From positions 1,837,608 to 1,901,607 of the forward strand of contig CAWKFA010000015.1 of NCBI GenBank assembly GCA_963848825.1: a DNA stretch of 64,000 nucleotides, read 5' to 3'. Shown here one piece after another: positions 21,588-31,564 of the stretch; within the stretch, counting starts at the first letter, position 1, and each line of letters begins with the position of its first letter. The notes under the pieces were generated by a model, which was not told where the DNA came from, made no database searches, and saw only the letters and a list, made by a program, of their open reading frames with translations. The stretch is from an uncultured Planctomycetota bacterium (lineage in GTDB: Bacteria; Planctomycetota; Planctomycetia; Gemmatales; Gemmataceae). The position numbers and the translations under genes are program-made.

Positions 21588-22778
21588 CTACTGTTGTTCT
21601 TCAAAGAGGACCACGCTGGCCGTAAAGCCGTGAATGAAGTTCAGGCCGCCAACCGGGCCGAGCTCGCCCTGGGCGAAGAACCCGGCCAGGGGAATGTCGC
21701 CGGCTTCCGCCTGAATTGCTTTGGCGTCATGATCGGGTTGGCTAAACAAACGCGTGCCGCGGCCATTGCAGCTAAAAAGCAGGGCCGCGGCCGCTTTCAT
21801 TTGATGGGTATTGCCATCGGTTTGCAGCATGGCATGCAAATCTTCGTCGGCCGTGGCCGCGTCGCGCACGTGAAATTGCACGGTTTGACCCACGCGCACG
21901 CGTTCGGTGACCGCCAGCGCCCCGGATGCCTTGTCGAGGCCCATGACGTTGCGCACCAGGAAATCGCCGCGGCCGAACGCATCCCGATATTCGCTGATGA
22001 CCCGGCCCACGTGCAGGCCGTGCTGAATGAGATGCTGTTCGCGCGGGCCAACCTCCTGCCAGAGTTGCTGGAGTTGGGCCATGGCGGTTTTGCCTCCCAG
22101 CTCCATGATGACGTTTTCTTTGGCCTTGGTGATGATAAGAGGGCGACCGACGGGCCGGCAGCCTTGCGAGACGACGCTGCGTGCCTGAAACGAGCCGCGC
22201 ATCAAGACACCCACCGCTCCTTCGCGGCGCATGTCTTCGCCGATGAGCAGCGGACATTCACCCGCCTGCGTGCCGCCGCTGGCCATGCCGCCCGCCACGC
22301 GCAGGCCCGGGTGGTCTCCATTAACTTGGGCGAGGAAATCGTCGGCGGGAAATGTGAAGGGATCAGCGAGTGTGAGAATCAGGCTGTCCTCGGCCGTTGC
22401 TTCCGCCAGGTCGTCCGGCCAACCGAGCAGAGCAAATCCCTCCGAAGTCTCTTCCATGGTCAGATGAAAAGGCGTCAATTCGATTTCGTCCGGCCAACGG
22501 CCCAGCCACAGGCTCAGGGCCGGTCCTTGTTCCACTTCCCGCACCTTGCCGATGACCGTTTCCCCCTGACAGCCCAGCAGACAGCGCGGTTTGAGAACAC
22601 TGCTCAGGGTTTGAGCAATTTCCAGAGGGCTTTCGCCGTGGAGCGGGTTGAAAAACACCATGGCGAGGTCCACGGGCCCTTGCCAGTTGGCCTGCTCCAG
22701 ACAATCGGCGATGGCGGCCTTGGTGTCGGGCCGGGTCGAAAGCGCGGATGCAAACGGCATAATATTTCCCCTGGCCAT
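21588..22778 (-). CDS. FIST N/C domain signal-transduction protein
   Basis: FIST_C-type end ...GFFAQGELGPVGGLNFIHGFTASVVLF; about 390 aa. Confidence 0.7.
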   Translation of the reverse strand: MARGNIMPFASALSTRPDTKAAIADCLEQANWQGPVDLAMVFFNPLHGESPLEIAQTLSSVLKPRCLLGCQGETVIGKVREVEQGPALSLWLGRWPDEIELTPFHLTMEETSEGFALLGWPDDLAEATAEDSLILTLADPFTFPADDFLAQVNGDHPGLRVAGGMASGGTQAGECPLLIGEDMRREGAVGVLMRGSFQARSVVSQGCRPVGRPLIITKAKENVIMELGGKTAMAQLQQLWQEVGPREQHLIQHGLHVGRVISEYRDAFGRGDFLVRNVMGLDKASGALAVTERVRVGQTVQFHVRDAATADEDLHAMLQTDGNTHQMKAAAALLFSCNGRGTRLFSQPDHDAKAIQAEAGDIPLAGFFAQGELGPVGGLNFIHGFTASVVLFEEQQ

Positions 22779-22800
22779 TAGGGCCGGCGCGGCCGTGGCA

Positions 22801-23697
22801 CTATGCCGCCGGCGGCAAGTTTATTTCAAAGATTGGAAAACTACCTTGTTTCTTGAAGTTGTGCACGTAAAAACCTTGCAATTGCGGTACGTCGCTGGCC
22901 ACCTGGGCGGCCAGGCCCGTGATGTCGTCGTAATCGCGCAGTCTTTGAGCGGCGACGCTCATGAGGTCCAGCGCCAGGGCTGGCAGGCTGGCGTCCGGTT
23001 TGGCGACAAAACTGAAGAGCGCCTTGATACGCTTGGCCTGCATCCCTTCGGTTCCAAACGCTCCCAGCCGAAAGCAGGGCATGCCGGCGTCCACCGCGTG
23101 CGCATCGGCATAGGCCTGATTGTGGACAACGATGCCGGCCGCTTTCAGCCCCCCCTGGCGATCGCGCAAGGCAAACGTGGCATCGCTCGGAAAATACGGA
23201 TTGGCGAAGAGGTGCTCCTGCAGCGCCTCCGGCCGGTCCACGCGGATCGCTCCGGGCATTAACGTCATCAAGGCAGGCACATCCGTCGGCAGCAGCGGCG
23301 AAACGAAATTGCTGGCACGATCGGAAAGGGTCGGCATGTCCAGAAACTCGCTCACATAGTTGACCATCTCGCGTGCGCGGACAAAGCCAAGTTGCAGAAA
23401 GAAATCGTGCACGCTCGGCCAATCGGCCCGGTAAGCCGCGACTACTTTCTTGAGGCCGCGCTTGCCGGCCGCTTCCATCATGGCCGTGAAGAGCGGTAGT
23501 GCGGCATATTCAAAGCCGGGCAAACACCAGGGATAACTAACCCGACCATTACTGTTGACAATGCCATAGCCGAGCACACGCCCGCCCTCAACCGCGTAAA
23601 GATATTGCTCCGGACTAAAATCGCGAGCGCGCAGCCGCCGCTGCACCTCGGTCACCGTCGCGGCCTTGAAGTCGCGGGAGACCCTGGGCCGCGGCAT
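22801..23697 (-). CDS. GNAT-like N-acetyltransferase family protein (putative)
   Basis: Acetyl-CoA-binding-like segment RVLGYGIV...AAGKRGLKKVV...FFLQLGF. Confidence 0.4.
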   Translation of the reverse strand: MPRPRVSRDFKAATVTEVQRRLRARDFSPEQYLYAVEGGRVLGYGIVNSNGRVSYPWCLPGFEYAALPLFTAMMEAAGKRGLKKVVAAYRADWPSVHDFFLQLGFVRAREMVNYVSEFLDMPTLSDRASNFVSPLLPTDVPALMTLMPGAIRVDRPEALQEHLFANPYFPSDATFALRDRQGGLKAAGIVVHNQAYADAHAVDAGMPCFRLGAFGTEGMQAKRIKALFSFVAKPDASLPALALDLMSVAAQRLRDYDDITGLAAQVASDVPQLQGFYVHNFKKQGSFPIFEINLPPAA

Positions 23698-23796
23698 TGT
23701 AAATCTCCACCTGGTCGGCCTCGTCGCCAGGTTCGTACGGTCGTATGTTCATCGTTTGTTCCCCGCCAATTAGCAGTTACGTCTCTGCCGTCATCG

Positions 23797-24689
23797 TCAA
23801 ACAAAAACTTTGCGCGGCTCGATCATTCCCGTGGCGACATCCACCTGGGCCACCGCGAATAACTTCCCACCCGCGGAAAAGATGGCGACCTCCTCATCAT
23901 CGGCAATCCCATCAGGGACCGCCACCTTTTGGCCCATTTGCAAACGCACCAGCTGGTCCTCCGACATCACCAGGAGTGGCAACTGGCGCACGGCTTCTTC
24001 CTGGGGCAGCAAGCGCGCCAGCGCGGTCGTCTGGTCGGCGTCCAACGATAAGGCGGCATCTTCACGAAAGTTGCCGATTCTGGTTCGCCGTAACTCGGCC
24101 AGGTAAGCGCCGCAGCCCAGGCGGTCCCCCAGGTCCCGTGCCAGCGCCCGGATGTAGGTGCCCTTGCCGCAACGAATTTCGAGCTCCAGGCGTGGGTAAC
24201 TGAAGCTTAACAGGCGGATGGCATGAATCGTCACCGGCCTGGGCGCCAGAGTTACTTGCTGACCTTGGCGCACCAGTGCATAGGCGCGACGGCCTGTCAC
24301 CTTGGCTGCCGAATGATCGGGCGGCACCTGGTCAGTCGTTCCTTCAAATTCCTCGAGCATTCGCGTCAGCAGTTCGAGGCTCGGCATCGCGCCTTCGGCT
24401 GCGACGGTCATTGTCCCTTCACCGTCGTCGGTGCTGCTGCGCACTCCGAAATGGATGACCGCGCGGTAAACCTTCTCCATGCGCTGCACATATTCCGCGA
24501 GCCGCGTGGCCGTCCCGGCACACACCACCAAAACGCCGGTCGCCAGGGGATCGAGCGTGCCGCAATGACCGATGCGTGTACCGCGCGGCAGCCAGCGCCA
24601 GGCCAGGTCCAAGGCGTCGCGCGACGTCATGCGCAGCGGCTTGTCGATGACGAGCAGCCCGTTGAGCGCGTTTTTTTGCTTGGAGCCAT
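23797..24689 (-). CDS. truB: tRNA pseudouridine(55) synthase TruB; true N-terminus restored by adding one base to an A7 run (minus sense, 24671-24677); as sequenced a 20-codon uORF ends in ATGA at the downstream ATG 24630
   Basis: GHCGTLDPLATGVL catalytic motif; upstream frame encodes NALNGLLVIDKPLRMTS, the conserved TruB N-terminal motif, with ATG at 24689 once corrected. Confidence 0.85.
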
Positions 24690-24748
24690 AATTCTTCCGG
24701 TACCATGGACCATTCCGCGAATCAGCGCGGGACGAAGGAAAGTCGATC

Positions 24749-24856
24749 CTAAGAGCGTTCGAAAAAAAAGGGGTCAGACCCCCTCAATACGCTGCAAAAG
24801 CGTTGAACTCTGGTCGCTTCAAGGGGTCTGACCCCTTTTTTTTCGAACGCTCTAAG
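24749..24856. repeat. 34-bp near-perfect inverted repeat (24749-24782 / 24823-24856, 40-nt spacer); each arm holds GGGGTCTGACCCC plus T8 terminator-like hairpins facing outward into the truB and lipid-kinase leaders
   Basis: ctaagagcgttcgaaaaaaaaggggtcagacccc ... ggggtctgaccccttttttttcgaacgctctaag; one mismatch between arms. Confidence 0.7.
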
Positions 24857-24886
24857 ATAATGATAACGATCAAGGAATGAGTTTGT

Positions 24887-25788
24887 ATGGAGCGACCCGG
24901 GGTTTGTGTGATCTTCAATCCGGCGGCTGGCAGGGGCCAGGCGGCCCGGCGACTCAACCAGGCACGGAGGCGCCTGGGCAAACATGCGCTTTTTCAACCG
25001 ACCGAGCATGCCGGCCACGCACGTGAATTGGCGCAGCGCGCTGCGGAAAGCGGCTATGGCATGGTCGTGGCGGCCGGCGGCGACGGCACCGTTCATGACG
25101 TGGCCAATGGCTTGCTGTTGGCAGGACGGCCTGACGTGCAATTCGGTATTATTCCCATCGGCTCGGCCAATGATTATTACGCCAGTCTGGAGATGGAGCC
25201 TCTGGAGGGAACGCTCAAGACGCGGACCGTCGACGTGGGCCGGGTGCGCGGGCCGGATGGGCGGGAAAAATACTTCGTTTGTTGCCTGGGCCTGGGACTG
25301 AATGGTCTCGTGACTGTGGAATCGCGAAAATCAAGCGGCTGCAAGGCATCGCGCTTTATGGGCTGGCCACATTACGCGCCCTGTGGCACCACTACCAGTG
25401 TCCGCCCATGGCCATCGCCCTGGACGAGCAACCGCTTATGCAGGTGCCGACGCTGATGCTCAGCGTGCTCGTGGGCCGCCGTGAGGGGGCCTTTGTCATG
25501 GCGCCGCGGGCGAGCGTGAGCGACGGCTGGTTCGATTACGTTCATTGCGGCGACCTGTCGCGCTTCGAGGTAATGAAGCTTTTGCCGCGGCTCGCTCTTT
25601 TCGGTCCGCCGCTGGCGTATCCCAAGGTCACGCAGGGCCGATGTCGCACGGTAAAGTTGACGTCCGCGGCGCCGCTGGCCATCCACGTCGATGGGGAGTT
25701 TTTTTGCGTGCCCGAGGAGAATATACGTAGCGTGGAGATCGACATTCGACCGGCGGCTCTGACCATTGCGCCCTATGAGTCGCACTAA
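24887..25788 (+). CDS. YegS/BmrU-family lipid (diacylglycerol-type) kinase, split by a -1 frameshift at an A4 run near 25322
   Basis: GGDGTVHDVANGL motif in ORF 24887-25456; C-terminal half continues in ORF 25279-25788 (...IKRLQGIALYGLATLRAL...); A5 instead of A4 restores ...LVTVESRKIKRLQGI... Confidence 0.7.
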
Positions 25789-26098
25789 AACTCCAGCGCC
25801 CCGGCCAGCAGGCATCGACAACGAATACCTTGCCATCGCCAATACGACCGGTTCGCGAGGTTTTCACGAGGCGTTCGACGACTTCGGCGGCCCGTTGGTC
25901 GCTGACCCAAACGCTGATCTCGACTTTTGGCAAAAACGCCATGCTGTATTCGCTGCCCAGGTAACGATCCAAATAGCCTTTTTGCCGGCTGTAGCCCTTG
26001 GCTTCTTGAACCACGCAGGCAATGATGTCCAGGTCGTGGATGGCATTTAGAACGGCCTCGGCCTTGAAAGGGCGTACGACGATCGTGAGTTGTTTCAT
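25628..26098 (-). CDS. P-II (GlnB-like) family protein; C-terminus unresolved (ORF runs antisense over the lipid-kinase 3' end)
   Basis: MKQLTIVVRPFKAEAVLNAIHDL...AKGYSRQKGYLDRYLGSEYSMAFLPKVEI...GRIGDGKVFVV matches PII through the B-loop; expected ...RIRTGE end not found in frame. Confidence 0.55.
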   Translation of the reverse strand: MKQLTIVVRPFKAEAVLNAIHDLDIIACVVQEAKGYSRQKGYLDRYLGSEYSMAFLPKVEISVWVSDQRAAEVVERLVKTSRTGRIGDGKVFVVDACWPGRWSFSATHRAQWSEPPVECRSPRYVYSPRARKKTPHRRGWPAAPRTSTLPCDIGPA

Positions 26099-26220
26099 GA
26101 ATTTTATCTTAGCGATGGCGGCCAATGTTTACAAAGGATGCAGCGGGTTCCCTTTCCGTTCCTGCCGCCGGCACTAAAAAACGGGAACGGACCTGAAGTT
26201 TTGCGAGCCAGAGAGAGCGC

Positions 26221-27063
26221 ATGGCACGAACATCCATCCTCGAGCAGATCCGGGCCCTCGACCCGATGAAAGACCACCAGCGTATTGTTTTCCTCAGCAC
26301 GCGGTTCGATTTTCCCTTCGACACGACGCGTGCGCTCGAGTTCGCCCTTTTTCGCACCTTTTGCGTGCCGACGGTCTCGGGACTGCTGGCGCGAACCGGC
26401 GAGTTTATGGAGCGGGCCCAGAAACGCTATGACGATACCGACATCCTTATCAGCGAGCTGATGGACTGGGGCTATGAAAGTGAGCGCGGCAAGGCGGCCC
26501 TGCGGCGCATGAATCAGCAGCATGGCCGCTTTGCCATCGCCAATGCGGATTATTTGTACGTCCTGTCGACTTTTGTTTACGAGCCGATTCGCTGGAACGC
26601 CCGCTTTGGCTGGCGGCCCCTGTGCGACCAGGAACGGCTGGCGATGTTCCACTTCTGGCGTGAAGTGGGCAGGCGCATGGGTATCAAGGACATCCCGGAG
26701 AGTTACGAGGACTTCGAACAATTCAATCGCGCCTACGAACAAACACATTTTCGGTTTGTTCCGAGCAATCAGCGCGTGGGTCAGGCAACGGTGAACATGT
26801 TTGCTTCATGGTTCCCGAGGCCGGCACGGCCCCTGGTGCGCCGCTCGATGTACGCACTTATGGATGAACCCTTGCTCGCAGGGTTTGGCTTCCCGCGACC
26901 CTCACGCACCTTTCGCTGGCTGGTCGGCGGGGCCTTACGCACGCGTGCCCGCTTGCTGCGCTGGCTACCCGCCCACAAGAAACCTCGGCTGCGCACGGCC
27001 ATGACGCATCGATCCTATCCGGCCGGCTACAAGATCGATGACCTGGGGCCGCCGCCGGGTTAG
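26221..27063 (+). CDS. hypothetical protein, possibly MpaB/DUF2236-like oxygenase family
   Basis: 280-aa ORF with good coding statistics; family call is a weak recollection. Confidence 0.3.
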   Translation: MARTSILEQIRALDPMKDHQRIVFLSTRFDFPFDTTRALEFALFRTFCVPTVSGLLARTGEFMERAQKRYDDTDILISELMDWGYESERGKAALRRMNQQHGRFAIANADYLYVLSTFVYEPIRWNARFGWRPLCDQERLAMFHFWREVGRRMGIKDIPESYEDFEQFNRAYEQTHFRFVPSNQRVGQATVNMFASWFPRPARPLVRRSMYALMDEPLLAGFGFPRPSRTFRWLVGGALRTRARLLRWLPAHKKPRLRTAMTHRSYPAGYKIDDLGPPPG

Positions 27064-27687
27064 ATGCGTTTCGGTCCGCCGCCCGGCGGCTGCATCGGCA
27101 TGCCCCGTTCGCTCAAACGATTCTGCAAGAGCTGGCGGTATTCGTGCATCTGAGCGCGGAAATCCGGCGTCGAATAATCGAGCATTTGTTGGCGCCGCTC
27201 CTCGCGCTGCTCGGGGCTTAATTTCTTGCCGGCGAAAGCGCCTGGCGCTGGACGCCCGTATCCGCCGGGTTGCCGACCGGCGCGCCGCCCCACCCAGACC
27301 GCCCTGGCCCGGGCCAGGCTGGTTGGCGCGGGTCACGAGCTGATCAATCCGCTTATCCAGTTCTTGCTGCTTTTCCTCAGGACTGAGCTGGAAGAACTCG
27401 GCCATTTGCCGCGCCTTCTTCTTTTGCTGATCCATCATCAATTCGCGGCGTTGTTCGGGCGTCAGCTCTTTCACCTGATCGCGCATTTTTTTGATCAGTT
27501 CCTGCTTGTCCTCCGGAGAAAGCTCGGATTCCATGGCGGCAATCTGGGCACGCATGCGCCGCACCTCGTCGACCGGGGAGGAGCGGAAGTGCCACATGGC
27601 CAGAAGAATGAAGAGGATAGCGACTACGGGAACCAGCCAACGCTTACGGGATTTAGCGGGCGGCTTCGCCTTGACCTTGGGTTTCAT
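27060..27687 (-). CDS. membrane-anchored Spy/CpxP-like (LTxxQ-repeat) periplasmic protein; frameshift at a G4 run near 27290
   Basis: N-terminal TM WLVPVVAILFILLAMW; repeated L[ST]PE[EQ] motifs (LSPEDKQEL, LTPEQRREL, LSPEEKQQEL, LSPEQREER); C-terminal part is in ORF 27060-27293. Confidence 0.5.
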
Positions 27688-27754
27688 GATCTATCTCCTG
27701 AGTTAGAAAGCTCGCCACAACTTTGGAGTGAAGCAACGCCTGTTTTTGCGGGGC

Positions 27755-28324
27755 TAATTGGTGCTGTCGATGACACTGGTTACATGCCCATCAAGATAAA
27801 GCCAGTTGCGGCCAGTACCGGTCAAGGGACCGCCGTGAAAATCGCCAAAATCCCACACCGCCGAAATCTGGCTGCTGCCGAGCTTCAACTTGCTCTGCAC
27901 CTGCTCCAGGGTTTTATTGGCCACTGCTCGGGCGATACTCGTAGCTGGTGCCTAAAACGTCATGAAAAGTGGGTGTCACGTTTTGCGTGGCGTCGCCGAC
28001 GTCGGCGGGACAGGCCAGGATTTGCGTGTTCTTTTCCATGTAGGGGCCGACCGCAGTCAGGTCGAACGTGTTGCCGGCAGGGACACCGTGGTTCTGCAAA
28101 GTCATGATGTCCGGATAGACGCCATGATTGATGTCCTTGTACATCGTAATCGCGAGACCGAATTGCTTTAGATTGTTCATGCACTGCGTCGTGGCGGCCG
28201 CGGCCCGAACTTTCTGCACGGCGGGCACCAGCAGCGCCACCAGGATGGCGACAATCGCCATCACGACCAATAATTCCACCAGGGTAAAAGCCGCTCGATA
28301 GCGTGAGGAAAATGTTGAGTTCAT
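27755..28324 (-). CDS. DUF1559 protein with prepilin-type N-terminal cleavage/methylation domain; frameshift near 27915-27935
   Basis: [28 protein letters not shown] (type IV pilin-like N-terminus) plus conserved DUF1559 C-terminus ...[29 protein letters not shown] found in another frame. Confidence 0.7.
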
Positions 28325-28467
28325 GGCAGCGTCTCCAGGCAAGATAAGGGACCCTCAGGCAGGTGAGCCCAATCTTAGCCAACGAACATTAAACAAACGT
28401 TAAACGAAAAGGAGAAATGCTTCACTTATTGGAGGGACGCCAAATGTGCATCGAACTGTTAACTTCT

Positions 28468-29415
28468 TTATTTTGCCTTTTTGGGGAGCAACGGAAATTG
28501 CGTGATGTTGAGCCCCTCGCTCGAAAGGTATTGATCCAGGACGTCAATTCTTCCCGTTTCGCGCATGTGCGCATAAAGGCGGGTCATTTCATCTTGCCAG
28601 AGCGTGTTTAGATAATCCGGATTCTTGGCCACGAGCGCCCGGTATTGTTGCAGCCGCTTGCTAAAAGTCTCGGCATCGGCGTGTGCCGCCAGACGCTGCT
28701 CATGCCCATAGGCCGCGGCCATGCGCTGGAGGTGATAGACCTGGGCGTTCGCTTCGCGTTCCTTGGTCGCCCGGTCCTGATAAGCTTTATTGATGCGCGT
28801 GTCGATATTTGGCTTCGCCTGGGCGAGACGGTCGAAGGCTTCCTTGACCTGCCGGGGAGGGCTGAGTTGATTGATGCCCGCTTCCTCAATCTTGATGCCC
28901 AGGGCGTAGCCGTCCAGCCGGGTCTGCACCTGCGCGAGCATGATGGAACGCAACGTGGTCTTGCCGGAGAGGAGTACTTCGTCAACGGCGTGGCCGGCGA
29001 TCCATTCGGCAAGCACCGACTCGGTAACACGCGCCACCAGCGCGTCGGCCCGGTCTATCTGGAGGACGAACTTGTCGGCCTGGTCCTCGAAAACCGTGTA
29101 GGTGATCTCCGCCTGCACGTTCACGAGGTTGTGGTCGCCGGTAAGTAACTGTCCCGGCGGGGTCTCGCCCTGTTCTTCTTCCTCGGCGCTCGCCGCGCCA
29201 ACCAGCACACGCTTCACACGCCCCACCGGTACCCGTACGACCTGGTCGAGTCCCCAGGGCAGTCCGACAAAGAGGCCCGGGCCAGGCTTATCTTCAAGAA
29301 TTCGGCCAAAGCGGCGCACGACTGCCCGTTCGCCCGGCTGTACCAGCGTCAGCGCCGATAGAGCCGTCCAAATTACCAGGGCTCCGGCAAGTGCCGTCAG
29401 GACGTACCGTTTCAT
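28468..29415 (-). CDS. SPFH/band-7 protein, HflK-like (intact)
   Basis: N-terminal TM then ...VVRRFGRILEDKPGPGLFVGLPWGLDQVVRV... SPFH domain and coiled-coil C-terminus. Confidence 0.8.
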   Translation of the reverse strand: MKRYVLTALAGALVIWTALSALTLVQPGERAVVRRFGRILEDKPGPGLFVGLPWGLDQVVRVPVGRVKRVLVGAASAEEEEQGETPPGQLLTGDHNLVNVQAEITYTVFEDQADKFVLQIDRADALVARVTESVLAEWIAGHAVDEVLLSGKTTLRSIMLAQVQTRLDGYALGIKIEEAGINQLSPPRQVKEAFDRLAQAKPNIDTRINKAYQDRATKEREANAQVYHLQRMAAAYGHEQRLAAHADAETFSKRLQQYRALVAKNPDYLNTLWQDEMTRLYAHMRETGRIDVLDQYLSSEGLNITQFPLLPKKAK

Positions 29416-30408
29416 TTAGTCTCTTCGAGTTCCTTCTTGGGTGGCGATGGCATGGCGCCGGGCCTGGGATTGGGCGGTTGGAACAATAGGTCGAACAGGG
29501 GGCGATGCGTGGACAACAGCAGCACCGTTTTATTGTCGCCCAGAATGCTTTGCAGCTTTTCCATCTGCTTGAGAAAAACATAAAACTCCGGGTCTTGCGT
29601 ATGCGCCTGGTTACGAATAAGCATGGCGTCGGTGTCGGCCTGGCCATTGAGCTTTTGCTCCTCGTAATGGGCTTTGGCAAGTTGGCCGCGCACATTTTCC
29701 AGCGGTGGTACTTTCGATGATTTTCGCCTGGCGGTCGCCTTCGCTCTCGTACTCGCTGACTTTTTTGATGCGTTCGCTGCGAATCCTCCGGAAGATCGAC
29801 TCCCGCACCTCACTGGGATGGCTAAAGCGACGCAGGCGAATATCCGCCAAATCGATGCCGTAATCTTTGCGTAAGGGTATACGGAGATTCGCCAACAATT
29901 GCTCACGCAGCGCCTGCATCTTGTCATCCACGCGCATGGTGCCCGGCGCACTGCCCGGGTCCGTGCTGACGAGATCATCCATGGCCATTTGGGTCAGCGC
30001 AGCGCCGAGCAGGCTATTGACGCGCGGCCCCAGAATCGACCGCGCCCGCTCCGGCGTGCCCAGGCTTTTGATGAAAACGTCGACCGCCTCCAGGTCGGCA
30101 ATGCGCCAGCATACGTAGGCTTCGATGGACAGCGTCTTGTCGATGGTTTTGCCGTCCGGATCGTGGGTGAGGATTTCCGTGGCGGGCAAGTCGAAGTACT
30201 GCAGGCGCCGATCCAGCCGTTGCACGGTTTCAATGGGCCAGGGCCAACCGAAGTGCAGTCCCGCCCCCTGGTCGGCGACAGAGCCATCGAAAGTGCCCGC
30301 CGGCTTGCCCAGCAGCGTGACGTAAACGTATTCGGAAGCATCGACCGTGTAGGCGGTCAAACGGACGATGCCAAGCAGCAGTACCAGCAGGAAAAACATA
30401 CGAATCAT
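29412..30408 (-). CDS. SPFH/band-7 protein, HflC-like; frameshift near 29690-29720
   Basis: TM MIRMFFLLVLLLGIV, SPFH core; C-terminal continuation ...QDPEFYVFLKQMEKLQSILGDNKTVLLLSTHRPLFDLL in ORF 29412-29978. Confidence 0.75.
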
Positions 30409-30418
30409 GGTTGACCTT

Positions 30419-31562
30419 TTAACGCCTAAAATGAAGGGCCCAGCCCCTCTTATTTAAGGCCCTCCAGGGGTTGTTCTTGGCGGACCGGCGGCGCATAATT
30501 ATCGGCACGCGGAACTGGTCCGGATCGAACAGAAACAAACTACGCTGCCCTTTGATATTGTCGGCATCGATCAGCACCAGGTCCCGGCCCATCAGCGCGC
30601 TTCCGAGCGTGTCCCAGTAAATGCGAAAGTCTGTCAGGACGGCCTGCAGTTGGCGGTGGTGCAAGCGCTGGCGGCGCTCCTCTTCGAGCACTCGGGCCAC
30701 GGGTTGGCCCCGCAACACCGCGTCGGCGCTTGCCAGGGCCAGCAGCAGATCATCGGCGAAATCGAGTTCGACCCGTCCGCGCGCCGCGCTTCAAAGCGTG
30801 CCAGCTCGCCCGCGGCTTGCTGGGTCTTTTCCGTGTAGCCGGCACGGGCCTGTGCAATGATGTCATGGCTGTCGGCAGCCGCTTTTTTGATTTTCTGGAC
30901 CGCTTGTTCCTCGGCTTCATTGATTTTCTGCGAACGCCCTTCCATGGCCTTGGCGACCTCATAGTAAGCCGCCACCACGTCCGCTGGGGGATGGAGATCA
31001 AGCAGAGCGATCCCTTCGATATCGATGCCCAGGCCGCCATATTGAGTGTCCGCAAGTCGTGCGCGAGCCTGGCAAGAACCTCCTCCTGGAACTGGCCACG
31101 ATAAACCGTGAGCAGATCATGAAAATCTCTACCGGCGACGGTGCCGCGCAGTACCGACTCGCCCGTGGCCCGCAAGAGCTCGTCGGGGCTGCTGACTCCG
31201 AAGAGAAACGTGCGCGCGTCGACGATCCGGTAGCGGATGGTGGCCTGGATGTCGACCAGGTTGCCATCGCCCGTAATCATCAGCGCTTCTTCCGCGAGGC
31301 GTTTTTCCCGGTGGGGACTGGTCCAGGTGAGTGTATTATCCCCCTGGCCAGGTACCCCGCGAAAGCCGATGTCCACGGTGCGCGTATGCTGGGAGACACG
31401 CACGATGTCTTCCACGGGCCAGGGCCAACGCAGGTACCAACCAGGCCCCAGGTCCCCAATAGGTTGGCCGAAGCGGCGCAATACGGCCAGCTCGTCCGTG
31501 GCCACGATCGTGAGACCACTCAGCGCATAGGCGCCCACAAGCAGCAGGGCGATTGCTGCCAT
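30419..31562 (-). CDS. third SPFH/band-7 (HflK/C-like) paralog; two frameshifts near 30990 and 30690; N-terminus is in-frame with the upstream P-type ATPase ORF as sequenced
   Basis: MAAIALLLVGAYALSGLTIVATDELAVLRRFGQPIGDLGPGWYLRWPWP...; continues ...YYEVAKAMEGRSQKINEAEEQAV...ARFEA and ...ALMGRDLVLIDADNIKGQRSLFLFDPDQ in other frames. Confidence 0.65.
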
Positions 31563-31564
31563 GG

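Noticed and set aside
21594-22781. 395-aa plus-strand ORF
   Set aside because: Antisense shadow of the FIST-domain gene; no domain, biased composition.
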